The notes under the pieces are model-generated. The model made no database searches. It saw only the letters and a list, made by a program, of their open reading frames with translations, and was not told where the DNA came from. DNA of 61,419 nucleotides from an uncultured Clostridia bacterium (GTDB lineage: Bacteria; Bacillota; Clostridia; Christensenellales; UBA1242): contig CANRHL010000003.1 of the NCBI GenBank assembly GCA_947630405.1, positions 1 through 61,419 on the forward strand, written 5' to 3'. This document shows, piece after piece, positions 20,622 through 30,234 of the stretch (the stretch's first letter is position 1; each line of letters starts with the position of its first letter). A program made the position numbers and the translations under genes.

Positions 20622-21719
20622 TTATATCTTTCTTATTAACATATAAGTGTTTGAAAAACGCACAGTGGTATCTTCATTAACCATGAAATCAAGGGTGGTC
20701 TCTTCATTCGTTACGCGATAAAAGAATTCTCCGCCCAAGAAATATTTGCCCTGAAAACTGCCCTCTTTAACCGTAACATCTTGTTGCGAGTTGTCAATTT
20801 CAAGCCAAATTTTGCCGTTCACTGAGCCTGTGGCTTCAACATTTGTGCCGTAACTTATAATGTAATAGCCGCGCTTAAGTTTTATGCTGTTTTGCGCGTT
20901 GTCAAGGCTTATATCGCTTTGGCTGGTTGGATAAGATAAATCCAAATTGAAATATGGCTCGTTTTGAAGGGTGGCAGCAACGGCGGTTAAATATGCCACT
21001 CTGTTTATTGCTGGCTGCCCACTTGGTCCGGCAGGGCCCTCTTCTCCCCTTGGGCCTTCTGGGCCGGGGTCTCCTTTAAGCCCTTTTTCGCCGGCTGGAC
21101 CTTGCGGGCCAGGTTCGCCCTTTTCTCCCCGTGGACCTTCAGGGCCAGGTTCGCCCCTTAGCCCCTTTTCTCCGGCCGGGCCGGTTGCTCCGCGCGGTAT
21201 TCTAAACACCAATTGGTGCGTGTTATTTACAAAATTATCTGTAACTTCGGCATCAACACCGCTATCCACAGTGTGCGTGTTCAATATGGCAATCTTTTCG
21301 CCAACTCCGGCTTCGCCGCGTTCGCCCTTATCGCCTTGCGGACCGGCAGGACCAACATCTCCTTTTTCGCCTTTTGGCAGAACAAAATCTAGGACGTGCA
21401 AAGGCGAACCGGTGCGGTCAATCACTTTGCAATCATCCGGATTTTCAGCAAAACTTACACTTCCAAACGAGATGCTATCCGATGCTCCGGTTGGCCCGGT
21501 TGCACCTATCGGCCCCCTCAAGCCTATTGGTCCCATTTCGCCTTGTGGACCAGCAGGTCCGGTCGGTCCGGTTAAACCCATTGGCCCGGGCGCGCCCATA
21601 ATTCCTGGCAACCCCATTGGACCAGCAGGCCCAGTTGGGCCAACAATGCTCGTAAAAATTATTTTATTAAAATTGGTTGGCTGAAGCCTCCCTTTTTTGC
21701 AATTTCTATTAAAAAACAT
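20622..21719 (-). CDS. Collagen-like (Gly-X-Y) protein, BclA-like spore surface protein
   Basis: Three GXY tracts separated by two short spacer domains, globular C-terminus; RBS GAGGT. Confidence 0.85.
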   Translation of the reverse strand: MFFNRNCKKGRLQPTNFNKIIFTSIVGPTGPAGPMGLPGIMGAPGPMGLTGPTGPAGPQGEMGPIGLRGPIGATGPTGASDSISFGSVSFAENPDDCKVIDRTGSPLHVLDFVLPKGEKGDVGPAGPQGDKGERGEAGVGEKIAILNTHTVDSGVDAEVTDNFVNNTHQLVFRIPRGATGPAGEKGLRGEPGPEGPRGEKGEPGPQGPAGEKGLKGDPGPEGPRGEEGPAGPSGQPAINRVAYLTAVAATLQNEPYFNLDLSYPTSQSDISLDNAQNSIKLKRGYYIISYGTNVEATGSVNGKIWLEIDNSQQDVTVKEGSFQGKYFLGGEFFYRVTNEETTLDFMVNEDTTVRFSNTYMLIRKI

Positions 21720-21748
21720 ATTAATGACCTCATTAGTTAATCTAATTC

Positions 21749-21775
21749 ATATTATGAAAAACTTCCAAATATTGC
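21749..21775 (-). promoter_or_regulatory. Putative sigmaK/sigmaE-type promoter of the collagen-like gene
   Basis: GCA-N16-CATAATAT. Confidence 0.4.
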
Positions 21776-21958
21776 TCCAAAAAACAATCAAAATTTAACT
21801 TTTCTATTGCAATATAAAATTTTTTATGATATAATTTAAAAGTCCATAATCTACATGTGTATCCGCATTCACATAAAAATAAACGCATCGTTTATATTTG
21901 AAAAACTATTTTACAAAGCATAATGCTCCGAAATTCAAACACATAAAATTCTACTCAT

Positions 21959-22035
<77 letters not shown>

Positions 22036-22123
22036 TACAAAAAGCGATGAATTAATTAGAAAAAAGCGGTTTTTACCGCTTTATGCTAGAATGTCTTTTT
22101 CGCCATAGCTCAAAATAATTATT

Positions 22124-24400
22124 TTAAGGCAATTTATCAAGAAATTTATCTAATTGATTTTTGTAACGCGCATCAAATATCATGCTTTTTATGATGTTTT
22201 TCTTTTTTTGGCCATTAAAATCTTCTTTAAAGAAGTCCAATAAGATTATTTCCAATTTAAACAACTCATTATTTTCGTTTATCGACTTTTCGTCAAATTC
22301 CAACAAACTTTTCCATCCATTTTTGAAGAAATCGTTTTTGTACTCAATTGATATATTTGACCATTTAATATTTAAAGTGAATGTCGTCCATCTTTTCAAA
22401 ATCCATTTAAACATTTCCAGATTTCTTTTTGCAAGTGTAAATATATTCCATTGTTGTAACTTTTTCGCAAGCTCTTCCGACGTGTTTGACCCTTTCTTTG
22501 TATAAATTTCATCTTTTTTATAAGGATAAGGCTTATTTTTGGCGCTTGAATTGTTTTTTACGCTTAATGGAATTAAATTTCCTAAAGAATTAATCATTTT
22601 TGAATTATCAAATTCTACACCCTTAAAATTTTTTGGATAAATTTTCCCATAATATGAATCATCAATATTTCCATTAATAAACGCATATCCCCAATACTCA
22701 GCTTTAGGAGTTTGTGGATAAATGTGTTCTATAGAATTTGGTATATCTATCCATTCACAAATCGTAATAGGAGTAGTTTTTTGTCCGTGGTCGGCCAAAT
22801 TTCTTTCATATAAATAATAGTTACATCCTTTCCAACTGTAAAAACCACCCCGTTTCTTCTTTATGGTTTGTAGCCAGTTGCTTAGATTCTCGAATGTAAG
22901 CAGGTTCTTAAGTTTTGTGCTTTGGTCTTTCTGTTTATTGTTCGGGTCGACATCTGTAATAAGTTCAATAAGAGATTTTAAAATTATATATGACGCCTTA
23001 ATTCCCTTATCCCGATCTTCTTCTATTTTTGTGTGATACAATTCACTAACAGTGCTAACTAGAAAACTAAAATCAACATTATTTGAATATAAAAATTGCA
23101 CACAAAACAAGTATTGTTCCAAAAAATTAAATATTTGTAAAATGTTTTTATCTTTCTCTTTAACAATATCGCTCAAATAGATGCCTATAATACAAGCCTG
23201 AATGTGAATGTCTGAAGTTAATCGACACAATTTGTTTAAATAACGTTTTAAATCTTTAGTAAACTCACCATCGCTATTTGTAATTTCACAATTAAAAAAC
23301 TCTTTCCATCCTAACGAAAAGTTTTCCATCCTTTTCAAAACGGTTATTAACTTGCTTGCTTTAATTTTCTGATTGGTTTTAGGATCTATTCCCGTCAAAT
23401 TGAACATATTAAATAAGTCATTTAACACTTCAGTTTGCGATTTAGAGAACACATTTCCCTGCTCTATAATCCAAAATGCCTGTAAAAAACTTTCATCTGG
23501 TATTGCGGATTTCTTTAGACCATTTAATGAGTTGGCAACACCCAAATTATCAAAAATATTCGACCAACAACTTCGAAGTTGACGCTCGATGTCTTTGATA
23601 TTGCCTGCATCATTATCAATTTTATCCAATAAGAAATATGTTCTGTTTTTAAGAATTTCCAACTTGGTAAGTTCTTGCCCGCGATTATTTAATGTTTCAA
23701 AAACTATCAAACTGTTTGAGTTATCACAAAATAAAATGTTAAATTTTAAAAAGTTTAACAAAACATCTTCTAATGTTTCTTTCTCTTCATCTGTTAGGCT
23801 CTTCACTTTCCATAAGAAAAATGAGCGAGCTATAGATAATCTCTGGAAATACAAATTGTTAGGTATAACATTACTGTTTGAGCCTAAAATAGTGTCTAGT
23901 ACATTTTGATATGTTTGATTACAATCTGAGTACCCTAATTTTAAAGTGGTTTGCTTTGTTTTTATAACATTAAGAAGAATGGCACAAGTGGTAAGACGTT
24001 GTTGCCCGTCAATAACATAATATCCTTTACCGGTCAGCGAGTTTTCTTTACCTTGGGTTATTGGCTCTAATGACATCATTCCCATATAATAAGGTTGTTT
24101 GTTTTTTACAATACGAAGGATATCTTCCCAAAAATAATCCAATTGACCATTTTGTAATTTGTTAAATTTCTTTTTGTCTTTAGTAAGCAAGTCAACTTGG
24201 TCTGTAAAATTATCCTGATTGCAATCTTTTAAACTTTTATCTTGAAAAACAGATTCATATTTTGTGTCCCAAACATATCCCCTTTGGCTTACGGGAATTC
24301 TAAACGAAGATTCTGTGTCAATTAAATTCTGTAAAGTTACCAAAGGTGTACTATCCTTTTCAAACATATCTTTAATTTTTTCATCCATAATTTCGCTCAT
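22124..24400 (-). CDS. DUF262-DUF1524 protein (GmrSD-like modification-dependent restriction nuclease)
   Basis: IPVSQRGYVW, VIDGQQRLTT, FETLNNRG (DUF262); SIEHIYPQ...NSLGNLIPL..NNSS (HNH/DUF1524). Confidence 0.88.
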   Translation of the reverse strand: MSEIMDEKIKDMFEKDSTPLVTLQNLIDTESSFRIPVSQRGYVWDTKYESVFQDKSLKDCNQDNFTDQVDLLTKDKKKFNKLQNGQLDYFWEDILRIVKNKQPYYMGMMSLEPITQGKENSLTGKGYYVIDGQQRLTTCAILLNVIKTKQTTLKLGYSDCNQTYQNVLDTILGSNSNVIPNNLYFQRLSIARSFFLWKVKSLTDEEKETLEDVLLNFLKFNILFCDNSNSLIVFETLNNRGQELTKLEILKNRTYFLLDKIDNDAGNIKDIERQLRSCWSNIFDNLGVANSLNGLKKSAIPDESFLQAFWIIEQGNVFSKSQTEVLNDLFNMFNLTGIDPKTNQKIKASKLITVLKRMENFSLGWKEFFNCEITNSDGEFTKDLKRYLNKLCRLTSDIHIQACIIGIYLSDIVKEKDKNILQIFNFLEQYLFCVQFLYSNNVDFSFLVSTVSELYHTKIEEDRDKGIKASYIILKSLIELITDVDPNNKQKDQSTKLKNLLTFENLSNWLQTIKKKRGGFYSWKGCNYYLYERNLADHGQKTTPITICEWIDIPNSIEHIYPQTPKAEYWGYAFINGNIDDSYYGKIYPKNFKGVEFDNSKMINSLGNLIPLSVKNNSSAKNKPYPYKKDEIYTKKGSNTSEELAKKLQQWNIFTLAKRNLEMFKWILKRWTTFTLNIKWSNISIEYKNDFFKNGWKSLLEFDEKSINENNELFKLEIILLDFFKEDFNGQKKKNIIKSMIFDARYKNQLDKFLDKLP

Positions 24401-24402
24401 AA

Positions 24403-25389
24403 TTAAGCTCCTTTATATTTTTCGCTAATCAATTTAGATTTTTCTGCAATTAGTTTTCGCGTTTCTTGTGGTGTTATAAGCTCAACCGATTCGCCATATT
24501 GCAAACACCAATAAATTAAGGCTTGTTCGTTGGCGGAAATGTCGGCATAAATTGTATTCTCTTGAGTGTAAAATCGCGCATTTTTCCCAAACCACTCATA
24601 AACATATTCTGCTGCATATTCATTTGAAATTTTCAATGTTGCGTTAACCGTGTTGTTGTGGAACATATATATATTTTCATTGGCATATTTAACCATGTCT
24701 ACACCATTTTCACAATTTTTTAACTTTGCTACGGGTTTAATTGGAGTGTCCAAAATTTTTATATTGGAAATGAGTTCAATTTTATAATTTGCTATTTCAT
24801 CAAACCAATCTAGGTTACAAACAAGATAATATCTTCCCTGATTGTTAATCATGAAATACGGATTAATTTTATAGCGAAGATTTTTCTTTTTCTCATTTTC
24901 TTTGACATAAAAACGATTATAGTTAAACTCAACCTGCTTGCCTTGTGAAATTGCCTCATTTAAAACATCGATAGTGTAAAACAACTGCTTTTGATTTGTT
25001 CTAATCATTTGGTCGGCTTTGCAGATATAATTAAATTTTTTGCGCTCATATTTGCTTAAAAATTTAGAAAGTTTTTCCGATAACAGCCTAGAATTGTTGC
25101 TATCAATGCTTTTGCTTGAAAACACCGCGTCTATTAAAAATGAAATTTCGCTTGGCTCAAATTCCCGCTCGCCCAAATAGCAACCGGTTTTAGTTTTTAT
25201 AATATCGTAGCCAAAATCAATAAGGCTATCCAGCGTGGTGGCAACCGATTTGCGCTCCAACTCCAAGCCATAATTATCATAAAGTTTTTTTATAATTTCC
25301 GCTTGTGTTAAAGGATGCCGTTCATCCGTGTATTCTTTTAATATTTCTAACACGCAAATGTTTGTCATTTTTTTATTACTTGGCAACAT
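24403..25389 (-). CDS. wHTH-WYL-WCX transcriptional regulator
   Basis: LEILKEYTDERHPLT..EI (wHTH), NPYFMINNQGRYYLVC (WYL), WCLQYGESVELITP (WCX). Confidence 0.9.
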   Translation of the reverse strand: MLPSNKKMTNICVLEILKEYTDERHPLTQAEIIKKLYDNYGLELERKSVATTLDSLIDFGYDIIKTKTGCYLGEREFEPSEISFLIDAVFSSKSIDSNNSRLLSEKLSKFLSKYERKKFNYICKADQMIRTNQKQLFYTIDVLNEAISQGKQVEFNYNRFYVKENEKKKNLRYKINPYFMINNQGRYYLVCNLDWFDEIANYKIELISNIKILDTPIKPVAKLKNCENGVDMVKYANENIYMFHNNTVNATLKISNEYAAEYVYEWFGKNARFYTQENTIYADISANEQALIYWCLQYGESVELITPQETRKLIAEKSKLISEKYKGA

Positions 25390-25447
25390 ATAAACCTCAT
25401 AAAAAATTATAGCAAAAAATTAATAATATTGCAAAACAAATTTAACA

Positions 25448-25696
25448 CTAAATGAAACTCATAAGCAAATTTATTGCATCGTCCACCGATATCATTTTCG
25501 CTTTAAGAAGTTTAATAACATAATTTAATGCATACTTAAATTTTTGTGTTTCGCCAAGTATGATATAATCGTTTTTCCAAGATTCATCAGTTGACAAATT
25601 TTGTTCACAATTAGATGTTTTGTCATCATCTTTTTTAAAATTTTCATTAAATTTTATTATTTTTGCCGATTTTGGCGCTTGCTCTTTATTTTTCAT
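25448..25696 (-). CDS. Small hypothetical protein
   Basis: ATG 1 nt after the ATPase stop; C-terminal helical segment. Confidence 0.55.
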   Translation of the reverse strand: MKNKEQAPKSAKIIKFNENFKKDDDKTSNCEQNLSTDESWKNDYIILGETQKFKYALNYVIKLLKAKMISVDDAINLLMSFI

Positions 25697-25697
25697 A

Positions 25698-27677
25698 CTA
25701 ATCCCTAAACCCCAAATTAAAACTTTTGCTAACTTTTGGCAACTCAAAATCCTCTGGCAAAATCACATTAATTTCTCCGCTATCAAGTTTATTTTCTTTA
25801 ACAATGCGCGTTGCCTGATTTACCATGGCATGTTCCAGCACGTTTCTAACATATCTGCCATTGCCAAAATTCTTTTCTTGTTTTCCGCAATGTATTATTT
25901 CTTTAAGCCTATCTTCGCACTGGCTTAAATCGATATTCATTTTTTGTGCGGTGTAGTTGGCAATTTTCACAAGTTCATCCTCGTTATAATCGTCGAACTG
26001 AACTTCGTAAGCAATCCTACTTCTTAAACCCGAATTTTTATCCAAAAATTTATCCATTTCCTTTTTATAGCCGGCAAAAATCACAACAACATCATCACGA
26101 TTGTTTTCCATTTCTTGCACAATAGCATTTATGGCTTCGTCTCCATACAAACCTTCTCTGCCATCGTATAGCGAATATGCTTCGTCAATGAACAACACAC
26201 ACCCCTTTGCCCGCTCAAACAATTCTTTAACTTTTGGCGCGGTGCCGCCCACATATCTGCTAACGATATCCGACCTTCCAACTTCTATTAACTTCCCCTT
26301 GCTAAGCAAGCCTTTTTCGCGCATAATGGTGGCAACAATTCTTGCCACGGTTGTCTTTGCCGTGCCCGGATTTCCTACAAATGTCATATGGCGGCAAACG
26401 TTGTAACGCTCGCTATATGGGCGCGCTTTTTGCACAATCTGATAGTTAATATAATTTTGCATTAGATGTTTTACTTTGTCTAGACCTATTAATGCATTTA
26501 AATCGTCCATGCCATGCTCTTCCGGCCTATCTTCAAGTTTTTTAATCTCTCGCCCAATAAAGTTAGAATATTGCGGATATAATTCAGTTTTAACATATTT
26601 TTTATACCAGTTATCATATATTTCCTGCAACTCGTTAATTTCATAATCTTTATCTTTCTCTATCAAATCAACTAGGCCAACAGGGTTGGTTATAAAATCG
26701 TCCTTAATAACATTTAACATCATTTGTTGCGCACGTTCGTTTCTCAAAAGGATTTCTTTTGCTTCAATAAACAACAAATCGTCTAAATTTTGTTTTAAAA
26801 AATTTATTTGCATCTGATTTCGTAATTTCACGCAAATTATAACCACCATTTTGTTTGCATACTTCTTTATTTTTTTACAGAACTTTTCCGCAATCTCCTC
26901 TTCTTCTGTATATCTACTGCTCTCTTCAATGTTTAATTCAATATTTAAAATCATTAATCCGCCCTCGTTTATGCTAAACAAACGCTCCAACTCGGTGTAA
27001 GAGCAGTGGTGGCAGGTCCACATATTAACATTACAAACAGTGTATTTGTTTCGTATAATTCTATTATTGCTATACAAACTTTTAACCAAAAGATCCACTG
27101 TGCGTTCATAGGTTTTTCTGTCGTCCATCATGAGAAAGTAATGCACCGGCACGGCAAAATTTTTATTTTCCGTTTTTGCATAAATTCTTTTAACTTCGTC
27201 TTTTAAATCCGTTATTGGTAAAGATTTGCAAGTGTTTAGCGCTTCTGTTTTAGACATTTTGTTTTTTAATGGCACTTCCTTAAAATCCATTCCGTCCCAG
27301 CCGCCAAGATTAAATACATTTTCAATCTCTCTTTTGAGTGGGAGATAATAGCATAAATTATTCAAATCGAAATGGAACATGGAGAATAATATTTCTTCTT
27401 TTTCAATAGAGATATAATCTATATCCAAAAACTTAATAAGGTCATCGAACGCCTTATCCACACATTCTAGGTCATAAATGCTACCTGCATAAACCATATC
27501 AAAGATATAATATTCCTCGTCTATCTTGTACAAAAACGCAAATAATTCTTTTTGCATAAAATTTTTGCAATAGTACGAGCATTTGTCAGCTAACTTACTA
27601 TGCGCACTGTGTAATTCATCATCGGTTTTGAAACTTATAGCCTTAGTTGTTTTGCATTTAAATTTGTAAAATATCAT
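25698..27677 (-). CDS. AAA+ ATPase, CbbX/SpoVK/EccA-like, with a degenerate upstream AAA-like domain
   Basis: LIGLDKVK, Walker A GNPGTAKT, Walker B VLFIDEAY, NSGLRSR, FGNGRYVRN; RBS AGGAGG. Confidence 0.9.
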   Translation of the reverse strand: MIFYKFKCKTTKAISFKTDDELHSAHSKLADKCSYYCKNFMQKELFAFLYKIDEEYYIFDMVYAGSIYDLECVDKAFDDLIKFLDIDYISIEKEEILFSMFHFDLNNLCYYLPLKREIENVFNLGGWDGMDFKEVPLKNKMSKTEALNTCKSLPITDLKDEVKRIYAKTENKNFAVPVHYFLMMDDRKTYERTVDLLVKSLYSNNRIIRNKYTVCNVNMWTCHHCSYTELERLFSINEGGLMILNIELNIEESSRYTEEEEIAEKFCKKIKKYANKMVVIICVKLRNQMQINFLKQNLDDLLFIEAKEILLRNERAQQMMLNVIKDDFITNPVGLVDLIEKDKDYEINELQEIYDNWYKKYVKTELYPQYSNFIGREIKKLEDRPEEHGMDDLNALIGLDKVKHLMQNYINYQIVQKARPYSERYNVCRHMTFVGNPGTAKTTVARIVATIMREKGLLSKGKLIEVGRSDIVSRYVGGTAPKVKELFERAKGCVLFIDEAYSLYDGREGLYGDEAINAIVQEMENNRDDVVVIFAGYKKEMDKFLDKNSGLRSRIAYEVQFDDYNEDELVKIANYTAQKMNIDLSQCEDRLKEIIHCGKQEKNFGNGRYVRNVLEHAMVNQATRIVKENKLDSGEINVILPEDFELPKVSKSFNLGFRD

Positions 27678-27715
27678 ATTTCCTCCTAAGTGTTAACACA
27701 ATAATAACAAACCGT

Positions 27716-27735
27716 ATGTACAAAAAATTGTACAT
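27716..27735. promoter_or_regulatory. Palindromic operator candidate upstream of the ATPase gene
   Basis: ATGTACAA-AAAA-TTGTACAT, perfect 8-bp inverted repeat. Confidence 0.5.
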
Positions 27736-27831
27736 TAACACGCATTTTGCCGCAAAAAAATAGTAAAAAGAAAAATTTTTAAAAGTCTCCTTTTCGCTTT
27801 TTAAGAGGTTAAATTCTCTTTTTATAATCTC

Positions 27832-28326
27832 TTATATTGTTTCTAACATTTTAAAAATTAAGTTATAACAGGTTTTCTCTCTTATTAAATGAGAAACTTG
27901 CGCTTTATCCTTAGGTAGTTGTGCTTCATTTTCCGCTAAAGTGTCTAAAAAAGAAGTAAAATTCTCTTCTTCATCATGCTCGTTAATTACATCCACACTT
28001 AAATCTATAATTTCATTTTCTCTCTCTTTCTGATAAATGTTTTCTTCGGTTTGCAACAACAATTCTTTTTTATCCCAACCGCTTTTAATATATCTAAAAA
28101 TTTCATCCTTCATTAAAACAATTTTAGCAGTTCGTATTTCTTTCCCGTCTATATCTTTTCTTCTAAATGTTAAAAATTCATACTCTTTATTAGACTTTGT
28201 TTTTAAAATTTTCCTTGTTATATAATTATCATTAATAATAATGGTGCGCTTTTTGTTAAAAATATTCATTAGCTTTTTCCATTTTTGTTCCAAATCCAAA
28301 TTTTTGGATGTTTTATCTTTTGTCAT
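27832..28326 (-). CDS. Hypothetical protein
   Basis: RBS GAGGT before ATG 28326; charged protein with no recognised motif. Confidence 0.65.
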   Translation of the reverse strand: MTKDKTSKNLDLEQKWKKLMNIFNKKRTIIINDNYITRKILKTKSNKEYEFLTFRRKDIDGKEIRTAKIVLMKDEIFRYIKSGWDKKELLLQTEENIYQKERENEIIDLSVDVINEHDEEENFTSFLDTLAENEAQLPKDKAQVSHLIREKTCYNLIFKMLETI

Positions 28327-28402
28327 AGTTACCTCACTTAAATATAATATCATATTTTGTCGAAAGTGATGCTTTTACCTGAAAATTTTATTACGAATTT
28401 AA

Positions 28403-28705
28403 TTAATAAACCCAACTTTTAGAAAAACTCTCAAAATTGGTTTTTAATAGTTTTTTAAATTCAATTTTTCGTGGCTCATTTTTTGCTTTTGCAAACCAAC
28501 ACCACATTGAAACAAATCCTAGTTGTTTATCTTTATTTATGCCCATGTGGTGGCCAATGTGGTCTTTCTCCACGTTTATTTCATCGCCATTCATCCACTT
28601 GCAGCCATTGTCCTTTGCAAACTGTAAAAAGGCTTTGAAATCTTCCTCCCATATGTCGAACCAAACGTGCCTGTCTTTTCCCATAATTTCTTTTAAACTT
28701 TTCAT
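28403..28705 (-). CDS. Hypothetical protein downstream of SAM riboswitch
   Basis: RBS AAGGAG; 100 aa, Trp/His/Cys-rich. Confidence 0.75.
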   Translation of the reverse strand: MKSLKEIMGKDRHVWFDIWEEDFKAFLQFAKDNGCKWMNGDEINVEKDHIGHHMGINKDKQLGFVSMWCWFAKAKNEPRKIEFKKLLKTNFESFSKSWVY

Positions 28706-28741
28706 AAAAACTCCTTTTACTCCCCATGAAAAGCGTAAAAG

Positions 28742-28770
28742 AAAAATCCCATCGTTACGATGAGATTTTT
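28742..28770 (-). terminator. Riboswitch expression-platform terminator
   Basis: AAAAATCTCATCG-TAA-CGATGGGATTTTT followed by CTTTT. Confidence 0.75.
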
Positions 28771-28785
28771 ATCGACATTTAAACC

Positions 28786-28865
28786 CCATCGTTCAGACTT
28801 TAGCACCTTACTTAACGCAGGTTGCTGTGGAATCAACGGGTCTGTCCCTCCGCCACTCTTCATGG
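28786..28865 (-). ncRNA. SAM-I (S-box) type riboswitch lacking P4
   Basis: Minus strand reads CCATGAAGAGTGGCGGAGGGACAGACCCGTTGATTCCACAGCAACC...GGTGCTAAAGTCTGAACGATGG: AAGAG, GGAGGGA, GCAACC/GGTGC core and CAGA/TCTG pseudoknot. Confidence 0.88.
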
Positions 28866-28983
28866 TTATGTGCAAATATTACAATATTTTTGTTTGTTTG
28901 TCAATTGTTTTAGAAAAGTTTTATAATTTCATATGCTATAAATTTTTTCCTATTACTTTTTTTGCAATTAAAATTTTAGGCTT

Positions 28984-30234
28984 TTATAAGATGTAGAATA
29001 TCATATCTTCAACGCATAAAATTAAGAAAAGTACAATAAGTGGAATTGCAACTGCGCCTGAAAATTTTTGTTTTTGCGGTTGTTTAATTGTAAGCACTAA
29101 AGTTGTAATAAATATTATGCTGCCGACAATGCCCAACTGATAAATCATAGATAAATATGCGTTGTGCGCGCTAAATATTGAAAGCACTGGTGCGCCCAAG
29201 CCTCTACCGAAAATGAGTTGCACTGGGTGATGTGCTAGATATACAACTGTTTCCTTCCACAAGTTGTATCTATCCGTGGTCACCATATTCATAAAATCTT
29301 CAAAATTATTGCAATTAGACATTGTGCCTAAAAATCTATTGTAAAACAATTGAGGAATTGTAGGCTTAATTACGCAAATCATTAGCACAACAAGGCAAAT
29401 GATGGCGGTAATTATTAGTGTTTTTTTCCAATTCACTTTCAATAGCCAAATGAATAGTGCTAAAAGGACTATAAATAAAATTATTATGTAAGTTTTTGAA
29501 AAAGTCATAACTCCCAAAGCGGCAATTAACAAGAACAAAACAACATCTTGCCATCTGCCCTTGTTGGTAATTATAAAATAAGCCAAAATGCTTAAAAGAA
29601 TTTCGCAAATCATGGCAAGTACGTTTGGCTGATTGAATAGCGCTTGAAAGCGGAAGAATTTTGTTCCACCAAGAAGTCCTAATTCGCCGATTAGCGAGTG
29701 TATGTATGGCGAAACCCAATAAAGCAATCCAAACAGTGCCGAAATTAATAGTGAAACTGCAAATATTCTTGCATTAAAGTTTAGTCTAAAGATGTCTGGT
29801 TTTTTGGAGAACATGAATAACGCCAACAGAACGAAGAATATCAAAGAAATTTTAAAAAACACATTATAATTATATTTGCTAAAAGGAATTAAACAATAAA
29901 TTAATAAAATTGCAAAAGAAATTAAAATAAATTTATTAATTTTTCCTTTTTCTTTAAAGAAATAAATAAAATATAATTTAATAACATAAAAAATAATTCC
30001 AACAAAAAATAAAATTGTGCTAATGTGGTTTTGCGGATAGATTAGGCAGTAAGGTATTGAAAACATTATGTAAGTAAAGCCGTTTTCCAAATTGTCCAAC
30101 ATCACGAGCAGCATAAACACGCCGAACGAGATGTAAACCATCTCTCCCCAAAAACAATTTACAAAAAATAATATTGTTAAAAATATTAAATTATAAATTA
30201 ATTTAAATTTTAAATAATTATCCTTTATTTTCAT
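28984..30234 (-). CDS. O-antigen ligase / Wzy polymerase family membrane protein
   Basis: About 11 TM helices; RFQALFNQPN, TFSKT, IFGRGLG, AHNAYLSMIYQLG. Confidence 0.8.
   Translation of the reverse strand: MKIKDNYLKFKLIYNLIFLTILFFVNCFWGEMVYISFGVFMLLVMLDNLENGFTYIMFSIPYCLIYPQNHISTILFFVGIIFYVIKLYFIYFFKEKGKINKFILISFAILLIYCLIPFSKYNYNVFFKISLIFFVLLALFMFSKKPDIFRLNFNARIFAVSLLISALFGLLYWVSPYIHSLIGELGLLGGTKFFRFQALFNQPNVLAMICEILLSILAYFIITNKGRWQDVVLFLLIAALGVMTFSKTYIIILFIVLLALFIWLLKVNWKKTLIITAIICLVVLMICVIKPTIPQLFYNRFLGTMSNCNNFEDFMNMVTTDRYNLWKETVVYLAHHPVQLIFGRGLGAPVLSIFSAHNAYLSMIYQLGIVGSIIFITTLVLTIKQPQKQKFSGAVAIPLIVLFLILCVEDMIFYIL

Noticed and set aside
20971-21684. 237-aa Gly/Pro-rich plus-strand ORF
   Set aside because: Antisense mirror of collagen GXY codons; no RBS
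28760-28996. 78-aa plus-strand ORF
   Set aside because: Antisense to the SAM riboswitch; no RBS
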